This document shows positions 1 through 8,280 of a stretch of 64,000 bases of DNA, in pieces. Numbering within the stretch: position 1 is the first letter of the stretch; the number at the start of each line of letters is the position of its first letter. The notes under the pieces were generated by a model. That model worked only from the letters and a program-made list of their open reading frames with translations, was not told the DNA's origin and searched no databases. Source of the stretch: Thermoleophilia bacterium. GTDB taxonomy: Bacteria; Actinomycetota; Thermoleophilia; Miltoncostaeales; Miltoncostaeaceae. The stretch spans positions 12,924-76,923 of the forward strand of contig JAFMJQ010000001.1 of the NCBI GenBank assembly GCA_017853415.1. Reading direction: 5' to 3'. Made by a program: the position numbers and the translations under genes.

Positions 1-935
1 GGGTTGGCGGCCACCTCTGCCGTGACGGCCTTCACGGCCTTGGGCGTGACCATGCGGCCCTCGGGCGACTGCCCGCACCCGCACACGGGCATGTCGGGCG
101 GGCAGATGCAGCCGCGGGTGCGGTCGCGCATGAAGCGCTTCACCATGCGGTCTTCCAGCGACTGGAACGAGATCACGGCCAGGCGTCCGCCGGGCCGCAG
201 CATCGTGAAGGCCACCGGGAGGGCGCGCTCGAGTATTCCCAGCTCGTCGTTCACCTCGATGCGCAGCGCCTGGAACACCCGCTTGGCGGGGTGGCCGCCG
301 GCGAACAGCGCTGGGGTGGGCACGGCGCCGCGGATGACCTCCACGAGGTCGCCCGTGGTGGTGATGGGCCGCTCGTCGCGACGGCGCCCGATGGCGCGCG
401 CGATCTGCTTGGCGTAGCGCTCCTCGCCGTACTCGCGGAACCACCGCGTGAGGTCCTGCTCGGACGCACCGTTCACCAGGTCGGCGGCGGTCAGGTGGAG
501 CGAGGGGTCCATCCTCATGTCGAGTGGGGCCTGCCGCGAATACGAGAAGCCCCGTTCCGCGGTGTCCACCTGCATCGACGAGAGGCCGAGATCCATGAGG
601 ATGACGTCCACTTTCGCCCCGTCCGAGGCCAGATCCTGCAGTCCCGAGGCGAAGTCGGCGCGAATCAGCCGGGCCGGGCACGGCATGGCCGGCATGAGGG
701 CCTCGAAGTGCCGTGCGGCCTCGGGGTCGCGATCGATGCCCGTGAGCTCACCGGTGGGCCCCACGCGCGCGGCCAGGGCGACGGCGTGCCCGCCGGCGCC
801 GAAGGTGCAGTCGACCACCTGCTCGCCGGGCTCGGGCGCCGTGAGCGCCAGCACCTGGTCGAGGAGGACGGGTACGTGGGGGGCGCCGCCCGCAGCCGCC
901 GGGACGGCCTCGATGCGCGGCGCGGCGGCGGTCAT
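1..935 (-). CDS. rsmH: 16S rRNA (cytosine1402-N4)-methyltransferase RsmH/MraW; extreme C-terminus lies beyond the left edge
   Basis: Not in the ORF track because it runs off the edge. My minus-strand translation from the ATG at 935 reads MTAAAPRIEAVPAAAGGAPHVPVLLDQVLALTAPEPGEQVVDCTFGAGGHAVALAARVGPTGELTGIDRDPEA...ILMDLGLSSMQVDTAERGFSY. HVPVL, DxTxGxGGH and DLGxSSxQxD..RGFS are RsmH hallmarks. The frame stays open to nt 1 (...TAEVAAN). ATGA overlap with the mraZ stop. Confidence 0.85.
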   Translation of the reverse strand, partial: MTAAAPRIEAVPAAAGGAPHVPVLLDQVLALTAPEPGEQVVDCTFGAGGHAVALAARVGPTGELTGIDRDPEAARHFEALMPAMPCPARLIRADFASGLQDLASDGAKVDVILMDLGLSSMQVDTAERGFSYSRQAPLDMRMDPSLHLTAADLVNGASEQDLTRWFREYGEERYAKQIARAIGRRRDERPITTTGDLVEVIRGAVPTPALFAGGHPAKRVFQALRIEVNDELGILERALPVAFTMLRPGGRLAVISFQSLEDRMVKRFMRDRTRGCICPPDMPVCGCGQSPEGRMVTPKAVKAVTAEVAAN

Positions 936-1396
936 CCCCTGCCCCCGTCCATGCGCTGGGCCAGGCGGGCGGCCCGCTGGGCCACGCCGTCCTTGCGCAG
1001 GCGCGCGAACCGCTGCTCCAGCCGCCCGGGCTCCCACAGCTCGAGGTACGAGCCCGCGCCCACCACCTTCACCTTGCCGTCGAGCCCGGCGTGGTCGCGC
1101 AACTCGGCGGGCACCAGCAGGCGCCCCTGCTTGTCGAGGGCCTCCTGCTCGAACGCCCCTGCCAGCAGGAACCGGCTGAGCTCGCGCTGGTCGTCGTCGA
1201 GCACGCTCATGCGCCCGAAGGTGCCCTCGATGAACGACGGCCACTCGAAGCGGGGAACCACCACCAGGCAGTCGTCGAGCCACCACGCGGTGACGGTTCC
1301 GTCGGCGAATGGCTCGCGCAGGCGGGACGGAATGGCCAGCCGCGACCGGTCGTCGAGGCTGCATTCGTACGTGCCGCTGAGGAGACGGGGTGCCAC
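932..1396 (-). CDS. mraZ: Transcriptional regulator MraZ (dcw cluster)
   Basis: Within ORF 932..1432. The GTG at 1396 gives VAPRLLSGTYECSLDDRSRLAIPSRLREPF..., with a second AbrB/SpoVT-like repeat DKQGRLLVPAELRDHAGL. This is the typical duplicated MraZ fold pattern. It sits directly upstream of rsmH. Confidence 0.9.
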   Translation of the reverse strand: MAPRLLSGTYECSLDDRSRLAIPSRLREPFADGTVTAWWLDDCLVVVPRFEWPSFIEGTFGRMSVLDDDQRELSRFLLAGAFEQEALDKQGRLLVPAELRDHAGLDGKVKVVGAGSYLELWEPGRLEQRFARLRKDGVAQRAARLAQRMDGGRG

Positions 1397-1419
1397 GTGG
1401 GGGAACCTACCCCCGGCAT

Positions 1420-1477
1420 CCCCACAATGCAACCCATTTTCCCCAATTTGTTCTCACATCACCCCACATGCCCACCC
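1420..1477 (-). promoter_or_regulatory. Cluster of TGGG(N)-type repeats upstream of mraZ; candidate MraZ operator
   Basis: Minus-strand reading: GGGTGGGcatGTGGGGtgatGTGAGaacaaatTGGGGaaaaTGGGTtgcatTGTGGGG, 24-80 nt upstream of the mraZ GTG. It resembles the phased TGGGN repeats bound by E. coli MraZ. Spacing is only roughly helical and there are no binding data. Confidence 0.3.
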
Positions 1478-1580
1478 AGGAGCACCTCGCAACGCGTCGT
1501 TCACCCCCGGCCGCACGCGCGCAACGCATCGTGCGGTGAGAACACATGTTCCGTCCGAGGGGGGTCGTACATTTGTTCGC

Positions 1581-2009
1581 ATGAACACGCGAACACACCT
1601 CACGCTCGTCCCCGCCACCGGCGGCGGACACACCTCATACGCCCGCCGGGTGCGCCGCCCGGGCGCCACCCCTCCCGGGGGTCGCGCCGCCGGGGTGGCC
1701 GCACTGGCCGCCGGCCTCACGGTGGGGCTCGCCCTGGGCGCGGCCGCCACGCTGGCCACCCACCCGGGAGACATCGCCATGGTGCTGCTGCCGGTGGCCG
1801 GTGCCGCCGGCATCACCATCGCGGCCGCCCTGCGCAGCCGCGCGGTGGCCCTCAAGCGCCGCCGCGCCGCCCTGGTGCGCCGCGAGCGCGCCGAGGCGCG
1901 GCGCCGGGCCGCCATGCCCAAGCCCGTCCTCGTTCACTCGCGCGATGAGTTCCGCCCGGTGCTCATCGCCAACGGGTCCGTCGCGACGCCGACCAGGCGC
2001 GCGGCGTAG
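1581..2009 (+). CDS. Hypothetical membrane protein (two predicted TM segments, Arg-rich cytoplasmic tail)
   Basis: In-frame ATG at 1581 inside artefactual ORF 291..2009. The product is MNTRTHLTLVP...AAGVAALAAGLTVGLALGAAATLA..MVLLPVAGAAGITIAAAL followed by RSRAVALKRRRAALVRRERAEARRR. No recognisable family. Confidence 0.45.
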   Translation: MNTRTHLTLVPATGGGHTSYARRVRRPGATPPGGRAAGVAALAAGLTVGLALGAAATLATHPGDIAMVLLPVAGAAGITIAAALRSRAVALKRRRAALVRRERAEARRRAAMPKPVLVHSRDEFRPVLIANGSVATPTRRAA

Positions 2010-2117
2010 GGCCCCTGCGCCCGGGGGTGCTGCTCCCACCCCCGGGCGCTCGGGTCGGTACCTGGTGCAGCGCAACGACCTGCGCACGGGCTCGCGCGAC
2101 CCGGTAACGTCGGCCGC

Positions 2118-2795
2118 GTGAGCAACGTCGACCGGCTGGCCGTCTTCGGCGATATCCACGCCAACCTCAAGGCCCTCGACGCGGTGCTCGCCGCGATCGC
2201 CGACGCGGGCATCACGCAGGCCATCGTCACCGGCGACATCGTGCTGCGCGGCCTCGAGCCCGAGAAGTGCGTGTCGCGGGTGCGCAAGACCGGTTGGCCG
2301 TGCGTGGAGGGCAACACCGACCGGCGCGTGGTGGGCAAGAAGGTCAAGCCCAAGACCAACATCCGCGACATGCGGCCGGGCACCCGCACCTGGACCAAGA
2401 CGATGCTCAGCCAGAAGTCGCTCGACTGGCTCGATGCCCTGCCTGCGGTGGCCGAGGCCACCCTCGGGCCCCACCGCGTGGTGGCCGTGCATGGCGACCA
2501 GACCGTGCCCCCGGGGCTGGTCGACCACCACGCCACCGACGACCAGATCGTCGCCGTCATGGACGCCCTCGGCGCCGACGTGCTCATCACGGCCCACACC
2601 CACTCCCCCATGATCAGGTGGGTCGAGGGCCGCCTGGTGCTCAACCCGGGCAGCGTGGGCGAGGGCACCGCCGACGATCCCCGGCCCTCATGGGCATGGC
2701 TCGAGGTCGGCAAGAAGGGCATCCGCGCCGCCATCGAGCACGTCGATGCCCCGCTCGCGCCCCCGCGCGACTCCTCTCACCGCAAGGGCGAGTAA
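2118..2795 (+). CDS. Metallophosphoesterase (calcineurin-like, YfcE/MJ0936-type)
   Basis: ORF 2118..2795. Motifs LAVFGDIHAN, IVTGDIV, GNTD, VAVHGD, ITAHTHSP and NPGSVG match the phosphoesterase signature order. Confidence 0.8.
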   Translation: MSNVDRLAVFGDIHANLKALDAVLAAIADAGITQAIVTGDIVLRGLEPEKCVSRVRKTGWPCVEGNTDRRVVGKKVKPKTNIRDMRPGTRTWTKTMLSQKSLDWLDALPAVAEATLGPHRVVAVHGDQTVPPGLVDHHATDDQIVAVMDALGADVLITAHTHSPMIRWVEGRLVLNPGSVGEGTADDPRPSWAWLEVGKKGIRAAIEHVDAPLAPPRDSSHRKGE

Positions 2796-3700
2796 CCCGA
2801 CGACCACCTGGCCAGCGCCACCAGCTGGCCACCGTGGCCCAGGGCGCGCGCCGTGGCGGCCACCGGAATCATCGCCGCGGCCAGCGCCCTGCCCACCACC
2901 CCCCGTTTCGGGTTCACCTGCGGGTCGGCCCCCGGCGCCAGCGAGTAGGCGATGCCCGCGGGATACCCCCACCCCCCGCGCGTGCCGATGTCGCGCACGG
3001 CGAACCCCGAGGCGCCCAGCACCATGCGCAGCGAATCGCCGTCCAGGTGCCAGCGGTGCCGTGATGGCTCCCACCCATGCCAGCGGCGCCCGAAGGCGAG
3101 CGCCTCGGCCGACCGGCGGTTGGGCACCGCCACGCTCAGCAGCCCGCCCACCCGCAGCGCGCCGCCCACCGTGCGCAGCGCGCCGTCCATGTCGGGCACG
3201 TGCTCCAGCACGTGCCACATCACGGCCGCATCGGCCACGCGCCCGGCCATCACATCGGGCAGGTCGTCCACCCCGGCGCGCACCAGCTCCATTCGCCGCT
3301 GCGCCTCGGGCGACAACGACGACATCATCGCGTGGGCGCGCATCTCCTCCACGGCGTCGGGCTCAATGGCGATCACCTGCATGCCGGCCTCGGCCAGCAC
3401 GCGCGCGCGCAGGCCCGACCCCGCCCCCACGTCCACCACCAGGGCGCCCGGCGCCAGATCGCCCACCAGGTGCCCCATGCCGCTGGCCACCATGCGCGCG
3501 GCGAGGCGATCCTCCACCTCGCCGCCCGGGGCCAGCGCCGGCGCCGCCGCGGTGTCGTCCGGGGGCGGCTCGGTGAACCCCACCCCGCACACCCGCGAGA
3601 GGCACAGGCGAATGCTGGGTGGCGCACCGCCTGCGCGATCAAAGGGTGACAGCAGGTAGTTCGATGCGGCACCGCAGCGCGGGCAGGTGGGGTCGGGCAT
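2777..3700 (-). CDS. Class I SAM-dependent methyltransferase with N-terminal Cys motif (CPRCG..C..C)
   Basis: ORF 2777..3700. VVDVGAGSGL (motif I), VIAIEPD, VMWHVLEHVPD, GGLLSVAVPN. N-terminal MPDPTCPRCGAAS...LCLSRVCG. Lies 37 nt downstream of the flp-like gene on the same strand. Confidence 0.8.
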   Translation of the reverse strand: MPDPTCPRCGAASNYLLSPFDRAGGAPPSIRLCLSRVCGVGFTEPPPDDTAAAPALAPGGEVEDRLAARMVASGMGHLVGDLAPGALVVDVGAGSGLRARVLAEAGMQVIAIEPDAVEEMRAHAMMSSLSPEAQRRMELVRAGVDDLPDVMAGRVADAAVMWHVLEHVPDMDGALRTVGGALRVGGLLSVAVPNRRSAEALAFGRRWHGWEPSRHRWHLDGDSLRMVLGASGFAVRDIGTRGGWGYPAGIAYSLAPGADPQVNPKRGVVGRALAAAMIPVAATARALGHGGQLVALARWSSGYSPLR

Positions 3701-3737
3701 CGCCGTGACCCTATCCGCTCGCGGTGCGCGCGTGCGG

Positions 3738-4016
3738 TCACGGCGTGCCGATCCACGACGGCAGCATGACGTCCGGCGGGCCAGGACGCGGCGGTCGCGG
3801 TCGCCGGGGAGGGCGCGGCCGCTGCGGCCGTGCAGGCGCCTGCCGTATCACGGGCTTCAGCGGGGCCTCGATGAGTCGGATGATCGCCGGCAGGGGACGC
3901 ACCGGTGCCCGCCGTCCGAGGCTCGTCGATCGCAGTGCGAGCAAGCCGATGAAGAGCAGCGCGAGCACGATCACGATTCCCAGGTACTCGGCAGTGGTGG
4001 ATCCGCGCTGGTTCAT
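3738..4016 (-). CDS. flp: Flp-family type IVb pilin-like protein with long Pro/Arg-rich C-terminal tail
   Basis: ORF 3738..4016. MNQRG|STTAEYLGIVIVLALLFIGLLAL matches the Flp prepilin motif (Gly cleavage site, then Glu5-Tyr6 and a hydrophobic helix). The tail RQAPARPQRPRPPRRPRPPRPGPP is atypical. 4-nt overlap with tadC. Confidence 0.6.
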   Translation of the reverse strand: MNQRGSTTAEYLGIVIVLALLFIGLLALRSTSLGRRAPVRPLPAIIRLIEAPLKPVIRQAPARPQRPRPPRRPRPPRPGPPDVMLPSWIGTP

Positions 4017-4870
4017 GGGCCGCCGATCGCGATTCCAACCTGCGCCGCCATCTCCACGACCATCACGCCCAGCACCAGCAGCATCGCCCCGGGCACCATC
4101 ACGAGGGCCACCACCAGCTGGATACGCGGCGCCGCGCGCGCCGCCCGGTCGCGGGCGCGCTGCCGGCGACCGGCACGCAGGGCCTCCGCCTGGCCTGCCA
4201 GCGCGGTGGCCAGCGGCGTGCCGAGTTCCTCGGCCTGCAGGAGCGAGGCCACGAGGCGACCCATGTCCTCCGACCCCGTGCGCGCCGCCAGCGACCGGTA
4301 GGCCATGCGTCGCGGCGTCCCGAGGGCCTGATCCTCGAGGGTCGCGCGCACCTCGGCGCCCAGGGGGCCGCCGAGCCGGTCGGCTGCGAGGGACAGCGCG
4401 GGATCGAGGGCCATGCCGGCCTCCACGCAGATCACCATGAGGTCGAGCAGGTCGGGCAGCGCCTCGACGATGGCCGCCCGGCGCGCACGGGCACGGCGGG
4501 CCACCACACGGTCGGGCAGCACGCGCCCGGCCACTGCCCAGCAGGGTATGAGCACCGCCAACGGCAGCATGAGCATCGCCAGCGCCGAGCCGACGATCAC
4601 GCCGGTCACCAGCCCGCCGGCACGTGCGCGGCGCATCACCGGGGCCACCGCATCGGGCGCAAGACCGGCCACCACCAGCACGGCCTCATCGGGCTGTCCG
4701 CCCAGGGCCAGGCCCATGCGCGCGGGCAACGGGATTCGCGAGAGGGCGAAGACCACGGGCGGCAGGCCATGGGATGACCCCCGGGGCCGAACCCTGCGCA
4801 GAATCGCCCATCCCATGACGGCGCTCACCAGCGACGCCCCTGCCAGCAGCAGCGTGGGCGACGGCATCAT
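4013..4870 (-). CDS. tadC: Tad pilus inner-membrane platform protein TadC (T2SS F family)
   Basis: C-terminal 285 aa of ORF 4013..5956, starting at the ATG at 4870 (MMPSPTLLLAGASLV..). Contains LPDLLDLMVICVEAGMALDPAL...LLQAEELGTPLATAL...RAEALRAGRRQRA, the T2SSF/GspF-like pattern. ATGA overlap with tadB. Confidence 0.8.
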   Translation of the reverse strand: MMPSPTLLLAGASLVSAVMGWAILRRVRPRGSSHGLPPVVFALSRIPLPARMGLALGGQPDEAVLVVAGLAPDAVAPVMRRARAGGLVTGVIVGSALAMLMLPLAVLIPCWAVAGRVLPDRVVARRARARRAAIVEALPDLLDLMVICVEAGMALDPALSLAADRLGGPLGAEVRATLEDQALGTPRRMAYRSLAARTGSEDMGRLVASLLQAEELGTPLATALAGQAEALRAGRRQRARDRAARAAPRIQLVVALVMVPGAMLLVLGVMVVEMAAQVGIAIGGP

Positions 4871-5748
4871 GGGGTCACCGCCGCGAGGCGTCGGATCAAC
4901 AGGATGCCGGCCACCTGCAGCAGCACCGACACGCCGAGCACGACTGAGCCGATCGGGGTGGATGCCGTGCGGGCGATGAGCCCCGGCGCAGCGGCCTCGG
5001 CAAGCGCCGCACCGACCACCGGCAGGGCGGCCACCATCCACGCCGTGGCCCGGGCCTGCGCGGTGGCACCGCGCAGCTCGCGGGCGAGGCGACCTCTCTC
5101 CTCCAGGCGAGTGGCCATGTCGCGCAGGGCCCGGGCCAGGTCGCCGCCGGTGCGGCGCTGCACGAGGATCGCCGTCACGAGCAGGCCCAGGTCGGGATCG
5201 GGCAGCCGCTGCGCGAGCCCCGCGAGCGCGTCGTCCACGCGAGCGCCGAGATCCATCTCGCCGGATGCCCTGCGAAGCTCGGCCCCCAGTGGATCGGGGG
5301 TGTCGCGCGCGGCCCGCATGATCGCCTGCCTGAGCGACAGGCCCGCCGCCACCGCGCTTGCCAGCAGCTGCGCCACCGATGGCATGGCCTCGCCCACACG
5401 GCGCAGGTGCCGCCGGTCCGCGGCGCCCAACAGCACCCGGAGCCCCACCACCCCCACCAGCAGCCCCGGCAACGCCAGCAGGGGTCGCCGCAGCACCACG
5501 AGCAGCACGAGCGCCGAGATGAGGCTCGCCCCGAATGCGCCGAGCAGCAGCACCGCGGGATCCACCCGCAGGCCCGCGCGCTGCACCCGTGCCGCCAGCG
5601 CACGCCCACCCGGAAGCCACGTGATCGCCACGCGCGTGTCCCGCCGGCGCGGGGCGAACGCGCCGGCGGCGACGGCAGATCGCACGCCCGCCATCAGTGC
5701 AACCCCCGATGCGGCCGCGAGGGCCGGGCCGGCGAGCACGTCGATCAT
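4867..5748 (-). CDS. tadB: Tad pilus inner-membrane platform protein TadB (T2SS F family)
   Basis: ORF 4867..5748. MPSVAQLLASAVAAGLSLRQAI...ILVQRRTGGDLARAL..LEERGRLARELRGATAQARATAWMVAALPV, the T2SSF domain pattern. Confidence 0.8.
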   Translation of the reverse strand: MIDVLAGPALAAASGVALMAGVRSAVAAGAFAPRRRDTRVAITWLPGGRALAARVQRAGLRVDPAVLLLGAFGASLISALVLLVVLRRPLLALPGLLVGVVGLRVLLGAADRRHLRRVGEAMPSVAQLLASAVAAGLSLRQAIMRAARDTPDPLGAELRRASGEMDLGARVDDALAGLAQRLPDPDLGLLVTAILVQRRTGGDLARALRDMATRLEERGRLARELRGATAQARATAWMVAALPVVGAALAEAAAPGLIARTASTPIGSVVLGVSVLLQVAGILLIRRLAAVTP

Positions 5749-6962
5749 CGACCGGCACGTCCGGCGTCACGTTCCACGTGCTCGCGCCACCGGGCGGCGG
5801 CGGCGCTCCACACGAACCCGCCTCCGCCCTCGGGCCGCCACCGGCAGAGGCGCCGCGCCTCGGGCCCCTCGTCCCCCCGCACCACCTCCGCGATCTCCAC
5901 GGTGCGTCGGGCGCCCGAGGCATCACGTGCCTGGTGCACCACCAGGTCAACCGCACTGGCCACCTGGTCGGCCACGGCCCGCCAGGGAAGCTCCAGATCG
6001 CCCATGAGGGCGAGCGTGACCAGGCGACGAAGGGCCTCCCGGGGTGACGACGCGTGCAGGGTCGACAGCGACCCCTCGTGCCCGGTGGTGAGGGCGCTGA
6101 TCATGTCGAGCGCCTCACCGCCGCGCACCTCCCCGACGATGATGCGGTCGGGCCTCATGCGCAGCGCGTTGCGCACGAGGGCCCGGATCGGCACGGCGCC
6201 GCGCCCCTCCACGCCCGCGGGTCGCGACTCCAGGCGCACCACGTGCTCGAGGGGCAGGCGCAGCTCCGCGGCATCCTCGATGGTGATCACCCGCTCGTCC
6301 CCGCCGATCGCGGCGCAGAGGGCCGCGAGGGTGGTGGTCTTGCCGCTGCCGGTGCCACCGGTGACGAGGATGTTGCGGCGGGCCGCCACCGCCGATCGCA
6401 GCGCGCTGAGCATCTCCGGAGACATCGCCCCGAGGCGCACGAGGTCGTCGCCCTGCAGCCGCTCGCCCGGAAACCGCCTGACGGTGAGGACGGGCCCGTC
6501 GATGCTCAGGGGCGGCACCACCGCATTCACGCGCGATCCGTCGGGGAGCCGCGCATCCACCATCGGGCTCGCCTCGTCGAGGCGTCGACCGAGGGGCGCC
6601 AGGATGCGATCGATCACGTGCAGCAGGTGATCGGAATCCGCGAAGCGGGTGTCCACCGCCTCGATGCGCCCTGCACGCTCCACCCACACCCTGTCCGGTC
6701 CGTTCACCATCACCTCGGTCACGGCGGGGTCGCGCAGCAGGGGCTCGAGCGGGCCCAGGCCGAGCATGGCGTCCACCACGGCGGTCACCACCGCAACCCG
6801 CCCCTCGGACGACAGGATGTGCCGGCCCTCGTCGAGCACGTCCTCCGCGAGGGCGGCGACCACCTGGCGCGTCACGGATGCCGGTTCCACCAGCCCGCCG
6901 CGCACGATGGTCGCGCGGATCTCCTCCACCAGGCCGGCATCGACGGGCGCTGTGGTGCTCAC
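5745..6962 (-). CDS. tadA: Tad pilus secretion ATPase TadA/CpaF
   Basis: C-terminal 405 aa of ORF 5745..7694 from the GTG at 6962 (VSTTAPVDAGLVEEIR..). VTEVMVNGPDRVWVERAG, Walker A LVTGGTGSGKTTTL, ITIEDAAEL, RMRPDRIIVGEVRGGEA and TGHEGSLSTLHA match the VirB11/CpaF family. Confidence 0.9.
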   Translation of the reverse strand: MSTTAPVDAGLVEEIRATIVRGGLVEPASVTRQVVAALAEDVLDEGRHILSSEGRVAVVTAVVDAMLGLGPLEPLLRDPAVTEVMVNGPDRVWVERAGRIEAVDTRFADSDHLLHVIDRILAPLGRRLDEASPMVDARLPDGSRVNAVVPPLSIDGPVLTVRRFPGERLQGDDLVRLGAMSPEMLSALRSAVAARRNILVTGGTGSGKTTTLAALCAAIGGDERVITIEDAAELRLPLEHVVRLESRPAGVEGRGAVPIRALVRNALRMRPDRIIVGEVRGGEALDMISALTTGHEGSLSTLHASSPREALRRLVTLALMGDLELPWRAVADQVASAVDLVVHQARDASGARRTVEIAEVVRGDEGPEARRLCRWRPEGGGGFVWSAAAARWREHVERDAGRAGR

Positions 6963-7639
6963 GCGGCCTCCACTACGGCCGCCACCGCCCGGGCGATGCC
7001 CTTGCCGCGCGCGGCCTGGCCCGCCGCCACCCGCGCGGCGTTCCGGTCGTCGCGTGGGACCGACCCGATGACCTCCGTGCCGATGGCCCGGCCGAGGGCC
7101 CGATCGGAGATGCGCTCGCCCACCGGCAGGTCGGTCGCCACCGCCAGCACGTTCCGCCCCGCGGTGCGGGCCAGCAGGCCGGCGGCCCGCTGGGCGCTGT
7201 GAACGCTGCGGGGCACCAGCGCCACCACCAGCGATGCCACCGCCACCAGCGCCGCGGCAAGCCGGGTGTCCGCGCGGCCGGCGTCGGCCACCCAGGGCGT
7301 GCGCGACGAGACGTACGCCGCGTATCGCTCGGGGCCCGGAGGTGCCCATGCAACGGCCGCGGCCGGTGACCGGCACCCCGCCATCACGTCCACGCCACCG
7401 GAGTGACGATGCACGAGATGCTCCAGGTGCTCCGGGCGCAGTTCGTCCCCGAGCCCCAGCAGGTCGTCCAGCGCCCGGGTCGCGGGGACGCACCAGAGGT
7501 CGGATGGCCCGCCGCAGTGCGGATCGACGTCCGCGATCAGGGGAACCTGCCCGTGCGCCGCGTGCGCGAGCGCCACGGCGCAGGCGAGTGTCGTGGTACC
7601 GCACCCCCCGACCGCACCCATCACCACGATGCCGCTCAC
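6959..7639 (-). CDS. CpaE/TadZ/Ssd-like ParA-fold protein with degenerate Walker A
   Basis: ORF 6959..7639. MSGIVVMGAVGGCGTTTLACAVALA resembles a MinD/ParA P-loop but lacks the Lys residues (GGCGTTT instead of KGGxGKT). Its position between cpaB-like and tadA is typical of actinobacterial Tad loci. Confidence 0.6.
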   Translation of the reverse strand: MSGIVVMGAVGGCGTTTLACAVALAHAAHGQVPLIADVDPHCGGPSDLWCVPATRALDDLLGLGDELRPEHLEHLVHRHSGGVDVMAGCRSPAAAVAWAPPGPERYAAYVSSRTPWVADAGRADTRLAAALVAVASLVVALVPRSVHSAQRAAGLLARTAGRNVLAVATDLPVGERISDRALGRAIGTEVIGSVPRDDRNAARVAAGQAARGKGIARAVAAVVEAA

Positions 7640-8280
7640 GGCTCTGACGCCGGGCGCGCAACCACGCGCACCTCGCGGGCGAAGTCGAGGGCACGCGTCA
7701 CCTCGAGCGCCTGGCTCACCGACACCCGCAGCAGCAGCGCATCGCCCGCGGCGTCGCCCCGCGCGGCGTCGTCGCGCATGACCGCCAGCACCTCGGCGCC
7801 AGACACCACCACGCGCGTGCGGCCCGCAAGGCCCTCGCCATCGGACGCCAGCACGTCAACCCGTGCGCCGGCCGCGGGAGCCGCCGCCACCGCCCCCGCC
7901 GCACGCAGCGGCACGGCCACCGCGCGCTCTCCGGTGGCAAGCGGCTCGGGCCCGAGGCCGGGCGCGCCGCCGAGGGCCGCCTGCGTGAGCGGCTCGCCGG
8001 CCGCCAGGGGCGCCACGGTGCGCCTGCCGTCTGCGTCCGAGGGGTCGAGGATGAGCCCCGGCAGCACGGCGTCGGCCGGGATGCCGGCGAAGGCGAGCAG
8101 CCCATCGGCCTGCGCCGAGCCGATCACCTCGCCGGCCGGGATCGCCCGTGCGGCAACGAGCACCCGTGCTGCCGGCTGCTCGCCACCACCCATGCCGCTG
8201 GCCAGCATGAAGGCACCGGCCGCGAGCAGCGCGGCCAGCACGAACCACCACGCGGGCCTGCGAATGCGGAAGTTCCTCAT
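7636..8280 (-). CDS. Flp pilus assembly protein CpaB/RcpC-like (SAF domain)
   Basis: ORF 7636..8280. N-terminal TM (WWFVLAALLAAGAFML), SAF-like VLVAARAIPAGEVI..., C-terminal RAVAVPL...GARVDVL...LLLRVSVSQALEVTRA pattern. Confidence 0.65.
   Translation of the reverse strand: MRNFRIRRPAWWFVLAALLAAGAFMLASGMGGGEQPAARVLVAARAIPAGEVIGSAQADGLLAFAGIPADAVLPGLILDPSDADGRRTVAPLAAGEPLTQAALGGAPGLGPEPLATGERAVAVPLRAAGAVAAAPAAGARVDVLASDGEGLAGRTRVVVSGAEVLAVMRDDAARGDAAGDALLLRVSVSQALEVTRALDFAREVRVVARPASEP

Noticed and set aside
4871-5956. N-terminal extension of ORF 4013..5956 (647 aa), plus comparable upstream extensions of tadA (to 7694), glpX (to 11749), hom (to 18678), pheT (to 31718), trmH (to 33555), argJ (to 28240) and the DUF1684 gene (to 43784).
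   Set aside because: The extensions overlap the upstream gene in another frame and are Arg/Gly/Pro-rich. Internal ATG/GTG starts that form 4-nt ATGA/GTGA overlaps with the upstream stop give proteins of normal family length with canonical N-termini.
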